A program made the translations under genes and the position numbers. This document shows positions 22,475 through 30,910 of a DNA stretch of 64,000 bases, one piece after another. The DNA comes from Planctomycetota bacterium (GTDB lineage Bacteria > Planctomycetota > UBA11346): positions 61,359 to 125,358 of the forward strand of contig JBBRLJ010000006.1 in assembly GCA_038231435.1 (NCBI GenBank), given 5' to 3'. The first letter of the stretch is position 1, and each line of letters starts with the position of its first letter. The notes under the pieces are model-generated. The model ran no database searches and had not been told where the DNA came from. It saw only the letters and a program-made list of their open reading frames with translations.

Positions 22475-23428
22475 ATGCTCTCGGCGCTGCTCTCGCGACA
22501 CTTCTGGATCACCGCCTACGCGATGCTCGCCGCAGGGCTGTGGCTGCCAGGTGACTATTCGGCCTGGCATGCCTGGGTGCCCATCTTCCTCGGCGGCATC
22601 CTCTACTTCACCTGCCTGAAGATCCGCTTCCAGGAGATCCGCGACAACCTGCGCCTGAACGTGCTGCTGCGCGTCGCGGCGCTGATGCCGATCCGCCTGT
22701 TCGCGCTGCCGCTGGTGTGCTACGCGGCGGCACGGGCGGTGGCGCCGGATTGGGCGACGGGCGTGCTGGTGCTCGCGGTGATGCCGGCGGGCTTCTCGTC
22801 GATCGCCTTCACCGATCTCTACGGCGGCAACCGCATGCTTGCGCTGCTGCTGGTGCTCGCCACCAGCGTGGTCTGTCCGCTGACCGTGCCGCTGCTGGTC
22901 GAGGGCCTGGGCGCGGGCGGGCACCTCGGCGGCGCTGCGCTGGCGCACCGCGTCGGCTACCTGCTCGCGGTGCTGATGACGCCCTTCGCGCTCGCGCAGG
23001 TAACGCGCGCGCTGGCCGGCGACTTCGTCGAGCGCCACCGTGAGCGCTGGTCGTACGGGGCGATCCTGAGCAGCTGCCTGATGATCTTCGTCAGCGTGTC
23101 CAGCAACCGCCATGCCTGGGAGGGCATCCCGCTCTCTGGGCTGGCCCTGCCGCTGGGCCTCGGCTGCATGGTCAGCGCCATCGGCTTCGCCGGCGGCATG
23201 CTGGTGCGGCTGTTCGTATCGCGCGCAGATGCGATCGCCTTCACCTGCGGCGAGATCTGGATCAACAACGGTCTGGCGATCGCGTTCGCCAGCGAGTTCT
23301 TTCGCGGCGAGGCCAAGATGGTGCTGCCGGCGGTGCTGATGCAGGTGCCGATCGTGGCGACCATGGCGCTCTATGGCCAGTGGACGCGACGCATGCCGCG
23401 CGATGAGACTCCGACCGGCACGACGTAG
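22475..23428 (+). CDS. Bile acid:sodium symporter (BASS) family transporter
   Basis: About 9-10 TM segments; MPAG..S..FT.LYGGN..LAL, P....LL, NNGLA motifs. Confidence 0.85.
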   Translation: MLSALLSRHFWITAYAMLAAGLWLPGDYSAWHAWVPIFLGGILYFTCLKIRFQEIRDNLRLNVLLRVAALMPIRLFALPLVCYAAARAVAPDWATGVLVLAVMPAGFSSIAFTDLYGGNRMLALLLVLATSVVCPLTVPLLVEGLGAGGHLGGAALAHRVGYLLAVLMTPFALAQVTRALAGDFVERHRERWSYGAILSSCLMIFVSVSSNRHAWEGIPLSGLALPLGLGCMVSAIGFAGGMLVRLFVSRADAIAFTCGEIWINNGLAIAFASEFFRGEAKMVLPAVLMQVPIVATMALYGQWTRRMPRDETPTGTT

Positions 23429-23441
23429 TCCGACGCGGGCG

Positions 23442-23475
23442 GAACGGAAAGAGCCGGAGGATCTCCTCCGGCTCT
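23442..23475 (-). terminator. Terminator hairpin downstream of infC, between convergent genes
   Basis: AGAGCCGGAGG/CCTCCGGCTCT stem (23450-23475) followed by TTCCGTTC on the minus strand. Confidence 0.65.
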
Positions 23476-23528
23476 GCCGCGCATCATCATGATCACCCGG
23501 ATCAATCCGGAGGATCCCGGAGGGCCGG

Positions 23529-24092
23529 CTAGACTTTCTTCTGCGTGGGAGACAGCAGCGCATTCATGCGCCTGCCTTCCATGCGCGGCTCCTGCTCCAT
23601 CTTCGCGACATCGTCGAGCAAGGCCGTGAATTTCTTGATCATCGCGATGCCGAGCTCCTTGTGGCTCATCTCGCGACCGCGGAACTGCAGCATGATCGCC
23701 ACCTTGTGGCCCTCGTCGAGGAACTCGCGAGCGTGCTTGGCCTTGATCTCGAGATCGCCCTCGCCGGTGCCGGGGCGCAGGCGCACCTCCTTGGTGTCGA
23801 CCTTGTGCGCCTTGGCCTTGGTCTGGCGCTCCTTCTTCTGCAGCTCGAACAGGAACTTGCCGTAGTCCATGATGCGGCACACCGGCGGCTTGGCCTCGGC
23901 GGCGACTTCGACCAGGTCGTATCCGGCGGCGACCGCGCGACCGCGCGCGTCCTCGACGGTGACGACGCCGACCTGCTCACCTTTTTCGTCGATCAGGCGC
24001 ACCGAGGCGGCACGGATCTTGTCGTTGATGCGCGCCCGGTTGGCGTGCTCTGGAGGGGGAACGGGGATCCTGCTTCTGCGACGACCGAGCAA
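23529..24092 (-). CDS. infC: Translation initiation factor IF-3
   Basis: INDKIR, VRLI, DLVEV, PPVCRIMDYGKF, KEVRLRP, FRGRE, PRMEGR; TTG start with AGGAG 7 nt upstream. Confidence 0.95.
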   Translation of the reverse strand: MLGRRRSRIPVPPPEHANRARINDKIRAASVRLIDEKGEQVGVVTVEDARGRAVAAGYDLVEVAAEAKPPVCRIMDYGKFLFELQKKERQTKAKAHKVDTKEVRLRPGTGEGDLEIKAKHAREFLDEGHKVAIMLQFRGREMSHKELGIAMIKKFTALLDDVAKMEQEPRMEGRRMNALLSPTQKKV

Positions 24093-24263
24093 ATTGCGAC
24101 TCCTAAGGTTTCAGGGCGATCGGTTACGACCGAGCGCGGACGAGCCCGGGAGCATGCCAACCTCCTGGACCAAGACAAGACGAGCCCGGGACTCTTTACG
24201 CGGCGCGTAGCCAAGCCGGAAGTCCGGCCCCGGTCACGTGTTGGACGTAGCCCGGACGCGGAA

Positions 24264-27200
24264 TCAGTTCTTCTGGTCGGGCTCGACCGCGACCGGTTCT
24301 CCGCCCGTGATGGCCGGAGTCTCGCCATCGGTCGGCGCCGTGGTGTCGACGATGCGGCCCTTGAAGGACAGCAGCAGCGGCGAGGCCACGAACACCGACG
24401 AGTAGGTGCCCGAGAGCAGGCCGATCAGCAGGGTCGCGGTGAACGCCTTCAGCGCATCTCCGCCGAACAGCAGCAGCACCACCACGGTCACGATCACCGT
24501 CGACGAGGTCAGCACCGTTCGCGGCATGGTCTGGGCGATCGAGATGTCGATGATCTCGGCCAGGCTCTTGCTCATCTTGCGCAGATTCTCGCGGATACGG
24601 TCGAAGGTCACGATCGTGTCGTTGATCGAGTAGCCGATGATGGTCAAGAGCGCCGCGATGACCGTCAGGTCGATGCGGATGCCGAGCATCGAGATCAAGC
24701 CGACGGTCAGCAGCACGTCGTGGAACAGCGCCACCACCGCGCCGATGCCGAAGCGGAACTCGAAGCGTGCCGCCACGTAGGCGAGGATCGCCAGCAGGCT
24801 GAGCATGATGGCGAAGAACGCGCGCCACTTCATCTGGCCAGCGACCTGGCCCGAGAAATGCTCGCTCGACGGGAACGGCTTGGCGATGGTCACGCGGCGC
24901 GCGGCGGCGGCGTTGCTGGTGGTGTTGTAGAGATCCTCGGCGGCGACCACCAGGCCGTTGAGCTCGCTGGGCGAGACCAGCTCGGTGGTCGACTTCGCGA
25001 ACAGGTCGCGCAGCCGAGCGGCGACACGGTCGGAGGCGATCTCGGCGGCGTCCGCCCGCGCATCCGGCCTGGCGCGGAAGGTGGCCGTGAGTTCGAGCGC
25101 GTGCGGCTCGTCGACGTAGGTCGGTACGACCTTCTCGAGCTTGTTGCTCGCGGCGAGGCGATCGGTGATCCCGGCGAGCTGGTCGCCCTTCACCGGCTCG
25201 AGCACCGCCAGGCGCAGGGTGATGGTGCGGCCGCTGAACGAGGCGGCGAGGATCTCGTCGCCTTCTTGGCCGACGACGCCGGTGAACGCCTTGGCGATCT
25301 GCTCCTTGAAGGCCTCGGAACGGTTCGAGATGTCCTCGGAAAGCTTGCGGATCTGCAGATCCAGCGGCACGATCTGCTTGGACTGGATCTCCTTGGCCTC
25401 GGCCGACTGCAGGCCGTCCTTCTCGCGCGCTTCCTCGGCCTGGCGCTGCAGGTCGGCGCGCGTCTTCTCGAGCTCGGAGCGCTTGCTCTCGATCTGGCCG
25501 CCTTCCTCGTCGCGGCTGCGGAAGACCCACTCGCGGCTCGCGGCGTGGTTGCCGCCGAGTTCGGCGAAGTACGGCTGCTTGCGCAGCTCGCGGGGGTCGA
25601 GGAGGTTGAGGTTCTTCGGGTCGGATTCGTAGGCCTTGGCAATGGCCTGCTCGACCTGGCCGAGGGTGTACGGCTCCTTCAGCACCACCTGCGCGGCGTT
25701 GCCGCCGGTGAAGTCGATGTCGAAGTTGCGCTCGAAGGTGCCGCCTACCACGTGATGGCCGAACAGGAACCAGCCCAGGCCGACCAGGCCGGTGACGATC
25801 GAGAAGACGTAGCCGACCCAGCGCCATTCGACATACGGCAGCTGCACCGTCGGCACCCAGCTGGCCATGGACACGGTGACCTTCTTGCGGCACAGCCAAT
25901 CGGTGAGCAGCCGGCCGATGTACACGCCGCTGAACAGGTTGACCACGATACCGATCATCAGCGTCAGGCCGAAGCCCTTCACCGGGCCAGAGCCGATCCA
26001 ATAGAGGATGAACGCGGTGATGAAGGTCGTGAGATGCGCGTCGACGATGGTCAGGAAGGCGCGGTCGTAACCGGCGGAGATCGCCGCCTTCAAGCCCTTG
26101 TCCTCGCGCAGCTCCTCGCGGATGCGCTCGAAGATCAGGATGTTGGTGTCGACCGCCATGCCGATGATCAGCACCAGTCCGGCCAATCCGGGCAGCGTGA
26201 CCGTGGCGCCGAAGATCGACAGCGTCGACCACACGAAGAAGGTCGTGGCGATCAAGCACAGGTTCGCGACCGTGCCGAGTCGGCGGTAGTAGATCCACAT
26301 GAAGAACACGATCAGGGCGAAGGATACGCCCATGGTGATCACCGAACGCGACACCGTCTGCTCGCCGAGCGTCGCGCCGACCACGCGTTCGGAGAGCACT
26401 ACCGGCGTTACCGCCAACGAGCCGCCGCGCAGGACCTCGCGCAGGGCCTCGATCTCCTCGTGGCTGAACTGGCCGCTGATCTGGCAGCTCGACGAGCTCG
26501 GGGAGATGACCTTGGGCGCCGAGCGCACTACGCCGTCGAAGAGAATGGCGATCTCGCCGGTGCCGGTCTTGTTGGTGTCCTCTTCCTTGGCCGACTTGGT
26601 GAATTCCTCGTTCTTCACCGCGCCCACCGCGGTGAACTCGATGCCGACCGCTGGCTGGCCGTTGTCGGTGGTCTCGTAGGCATTGGCGACGTCCGAGCCG
26701 ACCAGGTCGGCGCGGCTGAGCAGGTAGAATTTCGTCGGCGGTTCGCCGGCCGAGACGTGGTCGGGGGCGATGATTTCGCTGCGGTTGCGCTTCTTCAGCT
26801 CGTCATGGCCGGGAGCGATGTCCCACTGGCCCTTCTCGTTCTTGACCACCGCGGGGTTCGGATCGGTGGGCGAGACGGTGATGTAATAGGAACCCCGGCC
26901 CGCGCCGCTGCCGTCGACGAAGGGATCGATGACGTGGCGGAATTCCAGCCGTCCGGTGGTCTCGAGCACCTTGCGGGTGCGCGCGGCGTCAGCGCGCGTG
27001 CCGCCGGGAATGACGACCTGCACGTCGCCATTGGACAGGCGCGCGACCGAGGGCTCGGTCAGGCCGCGTTCATCGAGGCGGTTGCGCAGGGTATGCACGA
27101 CCTCGTCGTCGGCGGCGATCTGGCGGCCGTCGTCGCTGTGCAGGCGGCAGATGAACTCGACGCCGCCGCGCAGGTCGATGCCCTGGGTCAGGTGGAAGAG

Positions 27201-27635
27201 CTCGCGAGGCGGATTCGGGCGGCGGAACGGTACCGACTGTAGGCGCGCGCGGAGGTCGGATTCCTTGACCGATGGGTCGACGGTCACGGTGATCTTGAGG
27301 CCCGAATCTGCGGGTTCGCCGACGGTCTTGATCGGCTGGAGCTCGCGGCGCGGATTACCGCCGAGGCGGCGCTTGACCTCGTCCAGGTCGGACTGGGTGG
27401 TCTGCAGGACGTTGCCCGCCACGTCCTTGAAGACGACGTCGTAGTGCTGCTGCTTCTTCTCGGCTTCTTTCCCCGCTGCGGCATCCGGCTTGGCGGCCTC
27501 GGCCTCTGCTTCGGTCGCCTTGACCTCGGCCTGCACCTCCTGGGTGCCGAGGAAGCTCGAGCACTTGTTCTCGAGGAAGAGCAGGAACAGGCAGATCAGG
27601 CCGACGGCGGCGGTGACGGTCAGGCGGCGGAGCAT
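24264..27635 (-). CDS. secDF: Fused protein translocase SecDF
   Basis: GIDLRGG, VGATLG, TLPGLAG..L.IGMAVD.NILIFERIREE, GPVKGF, IDFTGG, HDV, GYSINDTIV.FDRIRE, YSSVF. Confidence 0.96.
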   Translation of the reverse strand: MLRRLTVTAAVGLICLFLLFLENKCSSFLGTQEVQAEVKATEAEAEAAKPDAAAGKEAEKKQQHYDVVFKDVAGNVLQTTQSDLDEVKRRLGGNPRRELQPIKTVGEPADSGLKITVTVDPSVKESDLRARLQSVPFRRPNPPRELFHLTQGIDLRGGVEFICRLHSDDGRQIAADDEVVHTLRNRLDERGLTEPSVARLSNGDVQVVIPGGTRADAARTRKVLETTGRLEFRHVIDPFVDGSGAGRGSYYITVSPTDPNPAVVKNEKGQWDIAPGHDELKKRNRSEIIAPDHVSAGEPPTKFYLLSRADLVGSDVANAYETTDNGQPAVGIEFTAVGAVKNEEFTKSAKEEDTNKTGTGEIAILFDGVVRSAPKVISPSSSSCQISGQFSHEEIEALREVLRGGSLAVTPVVLSERVVGATLGEQTVSRSVITMGVSFALIVFFMWIYYRRLGTVANLCLIATTFFVWSTLSIFGATVTLPGLAGLVLIIGMAVDTNILIFERIREELREDKGLKAAISAGYDRAFLTIVDAHLTTFITAFILYWIGSGPVKGFGLTLMIGIVVNLFSGVYIGRLLTDWLCRKKVTVSMASWVPTVQLPYVEWRWVGYVFSIVTGLVGLGWFLFGHHVVGGTFERNFDIDFTGGNAAQVVLKEPYTLGQVEQAIAKAYESDPKNLNLLDPRELRKQPYFAELGGNHAASREWVFRSRDEEGGQIESKRSELEKTRADLQRQAEEAREKDGLQSAEAKEIQSKQIVPLDLQIRKLSEDISNRSEAFKEQIAKAFTGVVGQEGDEILAASFSGRTITLRLAVLEPVKGDQLAGITDRLAASNKLEKVVPTYVDEPHALELTATFRARPDARADAAEIASDRVAARLRDLFAKSTTELVSPSELNGLVVAAEDLYNTTSNAAAARRVTIAKPFPSSEHFSGQVAGQMKWRAFFAIMLSLLAILAYVAARFEFRFGIGAVVALFHDVLLTVGLISMLGIRIDLTVIAALLTIIGYSINDTIVTFDRIRENLRKMSKSLAEIIDISIAQTMPRTVLTSSTVIVTVVVLLLFGGDALKAFTATLLIGLLSGTYSSVFVASPLLLSFKGRIVDTTAPTDGETPAITGGEPVAVEPDQKN

Positions 27636-27731
27636 CGGTGGTCCTTCGCGGCGGAGCCGCGGTATTCGCGCAGAAAAAGGGCAGAAAATGGGAGGGTACG
27701 GTGCCGGGGCTTCAGGAAGGGCGCGGGGTCG

Positions 27732-28283
27732 TCACTTGGACTTGCCGATCTCGGCGGCCGCCGGAGCGCCGGCGACGCTGCCGATCGCCGACTTGTTGAA
27801 GGTGATGATCGCGGCGTCGTCGCCGGAGCCCACCCTCAGGTCGATGGTCGACTCCCCGACCGCCGCCACCTCGCCGTGGGCGCCGCCGATGGTCACCACC
27901 TTGTCGCCACGCTTGAGGCCCGAACGCAGGTCCTCCTGGCGCTTGGCTTCCTTCTTCTGGCTGCGCGTGGCCATGAACCACATCAGCGCCAGCGGCACCG
28001 CCATGATGAGCAGGAAGTTCATATCGAAGCCGCTGGCCCCCCCCTTGGGCGGAGCCTGGTGGCCATCCTGGGTGACCGGAGCCGAGGTGGTCGTGGTGGT
28101 CGTGGTGGTGGTTCCGCCGGCGGGAGCCGCGCTCGAGGTGGCCGTGGTTCCGCCGGCGGGCGGCGCGGTGCTTTCCGCTCCGCCATTGGATTCGGCGCAC
28201 GCGCCGGCCGCGAGCGCGAGCAGCAGGCACGCGGCGAGGGTCGAGCGGAACGCGGAGCTCAGAGGACGCGGGAGAAAAGGCAT
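27732..28283 (-). CDS. yajC: Preprotein translocase subunit YajC with N-terminal signal and low-complexity extension
   Basis: TM + R.QKK + LKRGDKVVTIGG.HG.V; directly upstream of secDF. Confidence 0.9.
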   Translation of the reverse strand: MPFLPRPLSSAFRSTLAACLLLALAAGACAESNGGAESTAPPAGGTTATSSAAPAGGTTTTTTTTTSAPVTQDGHQAPPKGGASGFDMNFLLIMAVPLALMWFMATRSQKKEAKRQEDLRSGLKRGDKVVTIGGAHGEVAAVGESTIDLRVGSGDDAAIITFNKSAIGSVAGAPAAAEIGKSK

Positions 28284-28353
28284 GGTGGAAATCCGTGGGG
28301 GTTCCGCCGCGGCGGAGCCACGACGGATGGGGGTTGCGGGGAAGAGGGTCGCG

Positions 28354-28689
28354 TCAGGGCGCGCGCGGGCCGCGCGACGAGCCGAGCAGCAACGCCGGGC
28401 AGTCGTGCGGGGCCGCGGCGGCTGGAGCCGTAGCGGCGGGCCGGGCAGCGGAGCTGGAATCCGTTCCGAGAACATCGGGGAGGCGCTGCCGGGAATCGTC
28501 CGCGCGAGCGATCTCGGCGGCGGCCATCTCCATCAGGGCATCGGCGCGCCTGATCACGGCCTGGTCGTCGACCCGGCCATCGCCGCCGACGAGGCGGTCG
28601 AAGCCGATGCGCGAGCCGCCGAGGGCTGACAACGCCAGCGCGAGGAGCGCGGCGCAACCCTGCAAGAAACGGCGGGGGAGCAGAGCCAT
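28354..28689 (-). CDS. Signal-peptide uORF ending RGPRAP-stop; candidate translation-arrest peptide
   Basis: MALLPRRFLQGCAALLALALSALGG signal; 111 aa; ends 70 bp upstream of yajC; TACACT 9 nt before ATG. Confidence 0.65.
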   Translation of the reverse strand: MALLPRRFLQGCAALLALALSALGGSRIGFDRLVGGDGRVDDQAVIRRADALMEMAAAEIARADDSRQRLPDVLGTDSSSAARPAATAPAAAAPHDCPALLLGSSRGPRAP

Positions 28690-28796
28690 GGGCCGCGGAG
28701 TGTATGGCGGGAGGGAAAGGGGCAAGAACCCGCCAGGAATGCGGCAAAGGTCCGAAGGAGGGGTCAGGAACGGGCCGCGCCCGACCAACCCCAGCG

Positions 28797-30392
28797 TCAC
28801 TCCAATTCGCGGGAGCGTCGGTATTCGAGGTAGTTGCCCTTCCAATCGGTGAGACCGGATTCTTCCATGACGATGACCCGGGAACCGACGATATCGATGA
28901 ACTCGCGGTCGTGGCTGACGAAGATCAGCGTGCCGGTGTACTCTTCGAGCGCCTCCTGCAGGGCCTCGATCGACTCGAGGTCGAGGTGGCTGGTGGGCTC
29001 GTCCAGGACCAGCACGTTCGCCTCCTGGAGCATGACCATCGACAGCAGACAGCGGACCTTTTCGCCGCCAGAGAGCACCCCGACCTGCTTCTTCACGTCG
29101 TCGCCCGAGAACAGCATGCGCCCGAGCATCGAGCGCATGTTGTTGATGTCCTGGTTGTCGGTGTACTGCTTGATCCATTCCAGGATCGAGAGCTCCTTGT
29201 TGGCGAACAGGCTCGAACCCTCCTGGGGGAAGTAGGCCTTGGTCGCGGTCTGCCCCCACACCACCTTGCCCTGGGTCGGCTGGAGGTCGCCGAGCAGCAG
29301 GCGCACCAGCGTGGTCTTGCCGATGCCGTTGCGGCCGACGATGCCCACGCGGTCGCCGCGGTCGATGCGGGTGGTGAAGTTGGAGATCAGGTTCTTGCCG
29401 CCGGGATGGGCGAAGGTCGCCTTCTCCACCGTGATCACGTCCTGGCCGCTGGGCTTGGCGACCTTGAAGAACAGCCGCGGCGCCACGCGCGACGACGGCA
29501 TCACCTTCTGTCCGGACAGCGCGTCGATCTGCTTCACGCGGCTGGTCGCCTGCTTCGAGCGCGCGGCGTTGGATTTGAAGCGCTCGACGAACAGCTTCAG
29601 CTTGGCGACCTGGCGCTCGATGCGCCCGACCTCTTTGCTGCGTTGCGCGCGCGCCAGCTGCTCCTGCGCCATGTACACGTCGTACGGGCCGGCGAAGGCG
29701 CGGATGGTCTTGTAGTCGCAGTCGAGGGTGTGCGTGCACACGCGGTTGAGGAAGTGGCGATCGTGGCTGACCACGACGATGCAGCCTTCGTAGTCGGCGA
29801 GGTACTGCTCGAGCCAGACGATGGCCGGGATGTCGAGATTGTTGGTCGGCTCGTCGAGGAGCAGCAGGTCGGGCTTCGAGAAGATCGCCTGCGCGAGCAG
29901 CACCCGCACCTTCAGCGCCTGGTCGATCTCGCCCATCTTCTTCTGGTGCACGCTCGGCGGCACGCCCAGATCGGTGAGCACCTCGGCGGCGGCGGTCTCC
30001 TGCGCGTAGCCGTCTTGCTCCTGGAACTTCTCCTGCAGGGTCCCGAGGCGCTGGCCGTCGGCGTCAGAGAAATCGGCCTTGGCGGTGAGCGCCTCCATCT
30101 CGGCCTGCAGCTTCCAGATCACCGGATGGCCCATGAGCGCAACGTCGAGCACGCGCACGTTGTCGTGGCCCGAGATGTCCTGGCGCAGCGAGCCCATGCG
30201 CTTGCCGGGATCGAGGACCACCACCCCGGTGGTCTGATCGACCTCGCCGGAGATGATCTTGATGAAGGTGGTCTTGCCGGTGCCGTTGGCGCCGATCAGT
30301 CCGTAGCAGTTGCCGCCATTGAGCCGCAGCGAGACGTTCTCGAACAGGATCTTCTGGCCGAAGGCCATGCTCAGGTTGGAGGTCGAGATCAT
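28797..30392 (-). CDS. ABC-F family ATPase (YbiT-like)
   Basis: Two ABC domains (GANGTGKTT, LLLDEPTNNLD, VSHDR; GRNGIGKTT, LSGGEK, LDEPT) and no TM segments. Confidence 0.92.
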   Translation of the reverse strand: MISTSNLSMAFGQKILFENVSLRLNGGNCYGLIGANGTGKTTFIKIISGEVDQTTGVVVLDPGKRMGSLRQDISGHDNVRVLDVALMGHPVIWKLQAEMEALTAKADFSDADGQRLGTLQEKFQEQDGYAQETAAAEVLTDLGVPPSVHQKKMGEIDQALKVRVLLAQAIFSKPDLLLLDEPTNNLDIPAIVWLEQYLADYEGCIVVVSHDRHFLNRVCTHTLDCDYKTIRAFAGPYDVYMAQEQLARAQRSKEVGRIERQVAKLKLFVERFKSNAARSKQATSRVKQIDALSGQKVMPSSRVAPRLFFKVAKPSGQDVITVEKATFAHPGGKNLISNFTTRIDRGDRVGIVGRNGIGKTTLVRLLLGDLQPTQGKVVWGQTATKAYFPQEGSSLFANKELSILEWIKQYTDNQDINNMRSMLGRMLFSGDDVKKQVGVLSGGEKVRCLLSMVMLQEANVLVLDEPTSHLDLESIEALQEALEEYTGTLIFVSHDREFIDIVGSRVIVMEESGLTDWKGNYLEYRRSRELE

Positions 30393-30552
30393 GCGGACTC
30401 CGGCGGGGCGCGAATGCTAGGACGGAGAGGACAGCGGAGAAGAGGCAAGCCAGGCAGAGGGGGAAGAAGTAGACGAGGGAAGACAGAAGAGAGCAGGGAC
30501 AGCAGGGGAGGGAGACATCGGCCTCGATGCACGAGCGTCGCCCGTCGGCGTT

Positions 30553-30577
30553 CGCTCCCACGCTCCCACGCTCCCAC
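30553..30577 (+). repeat. Tandem octamer (CGCTCCCA)x3 between a purine-rich and a pyrimidine-rich tract
   Basis: Direct reading. Confidence 0.6.
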
Positions 30578-30628
30578 CTTCTTTCCTTCTCCCTTCCCGT
30601 TCTCCTTCCCCCGCCTACAACCCCCGCC

Positions 30629-30895
30629 ATGCCCACGCACGTCCAGATCCGCATCATCTCGCTGCTCGAAGAAGCGGCGAACAGCTTCGAGCAGCTCGAG
30701 ACGCTGGCGAACCGCACGCTGACGCAGATCCCGGCCGAGCACGTGGACCAGGTCGAGCTGCGCTCGATCGAGCGCGACTACGTCAACGACGAGAACGAGC
30801 CCGGCAGCGAGATGGACCACGTGGTCTTCATCCGCTACCGCACCGACAAGATCGACGAGGCGCCTGACGCGCCTGAAACCACCGCCGAAGCCTGA
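30629..30895 (+). CDS. Small acidic hypothetical protein
   Basis: 88-aa ORF with host-like GC3-rich codons; TACAAC 7 nt before ATG. Confidence 0.7.
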   Translation: MPTHVQIRIISLLEEAANSFEQLETLANRTLTQIPAEHVDQVELRSIERDYVNDENEPGSEMDHVVFIRYRTDKIDEAPDAPETTAEA

Positions 30896-30910
30896 GCCGC
30901 GGAGCCGGCC

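Noticed and set aside
23661..27242. 1193-aa plus-strand ORF
   Set aside because: Antisense shadow of secDF/infC
28690..29739. Upstream extension of the RGPRAP uORF (461-aa ORF)
   Set aside because: Alternative frame inside the ABC-F gene; the plausible start is the ATG at 28689
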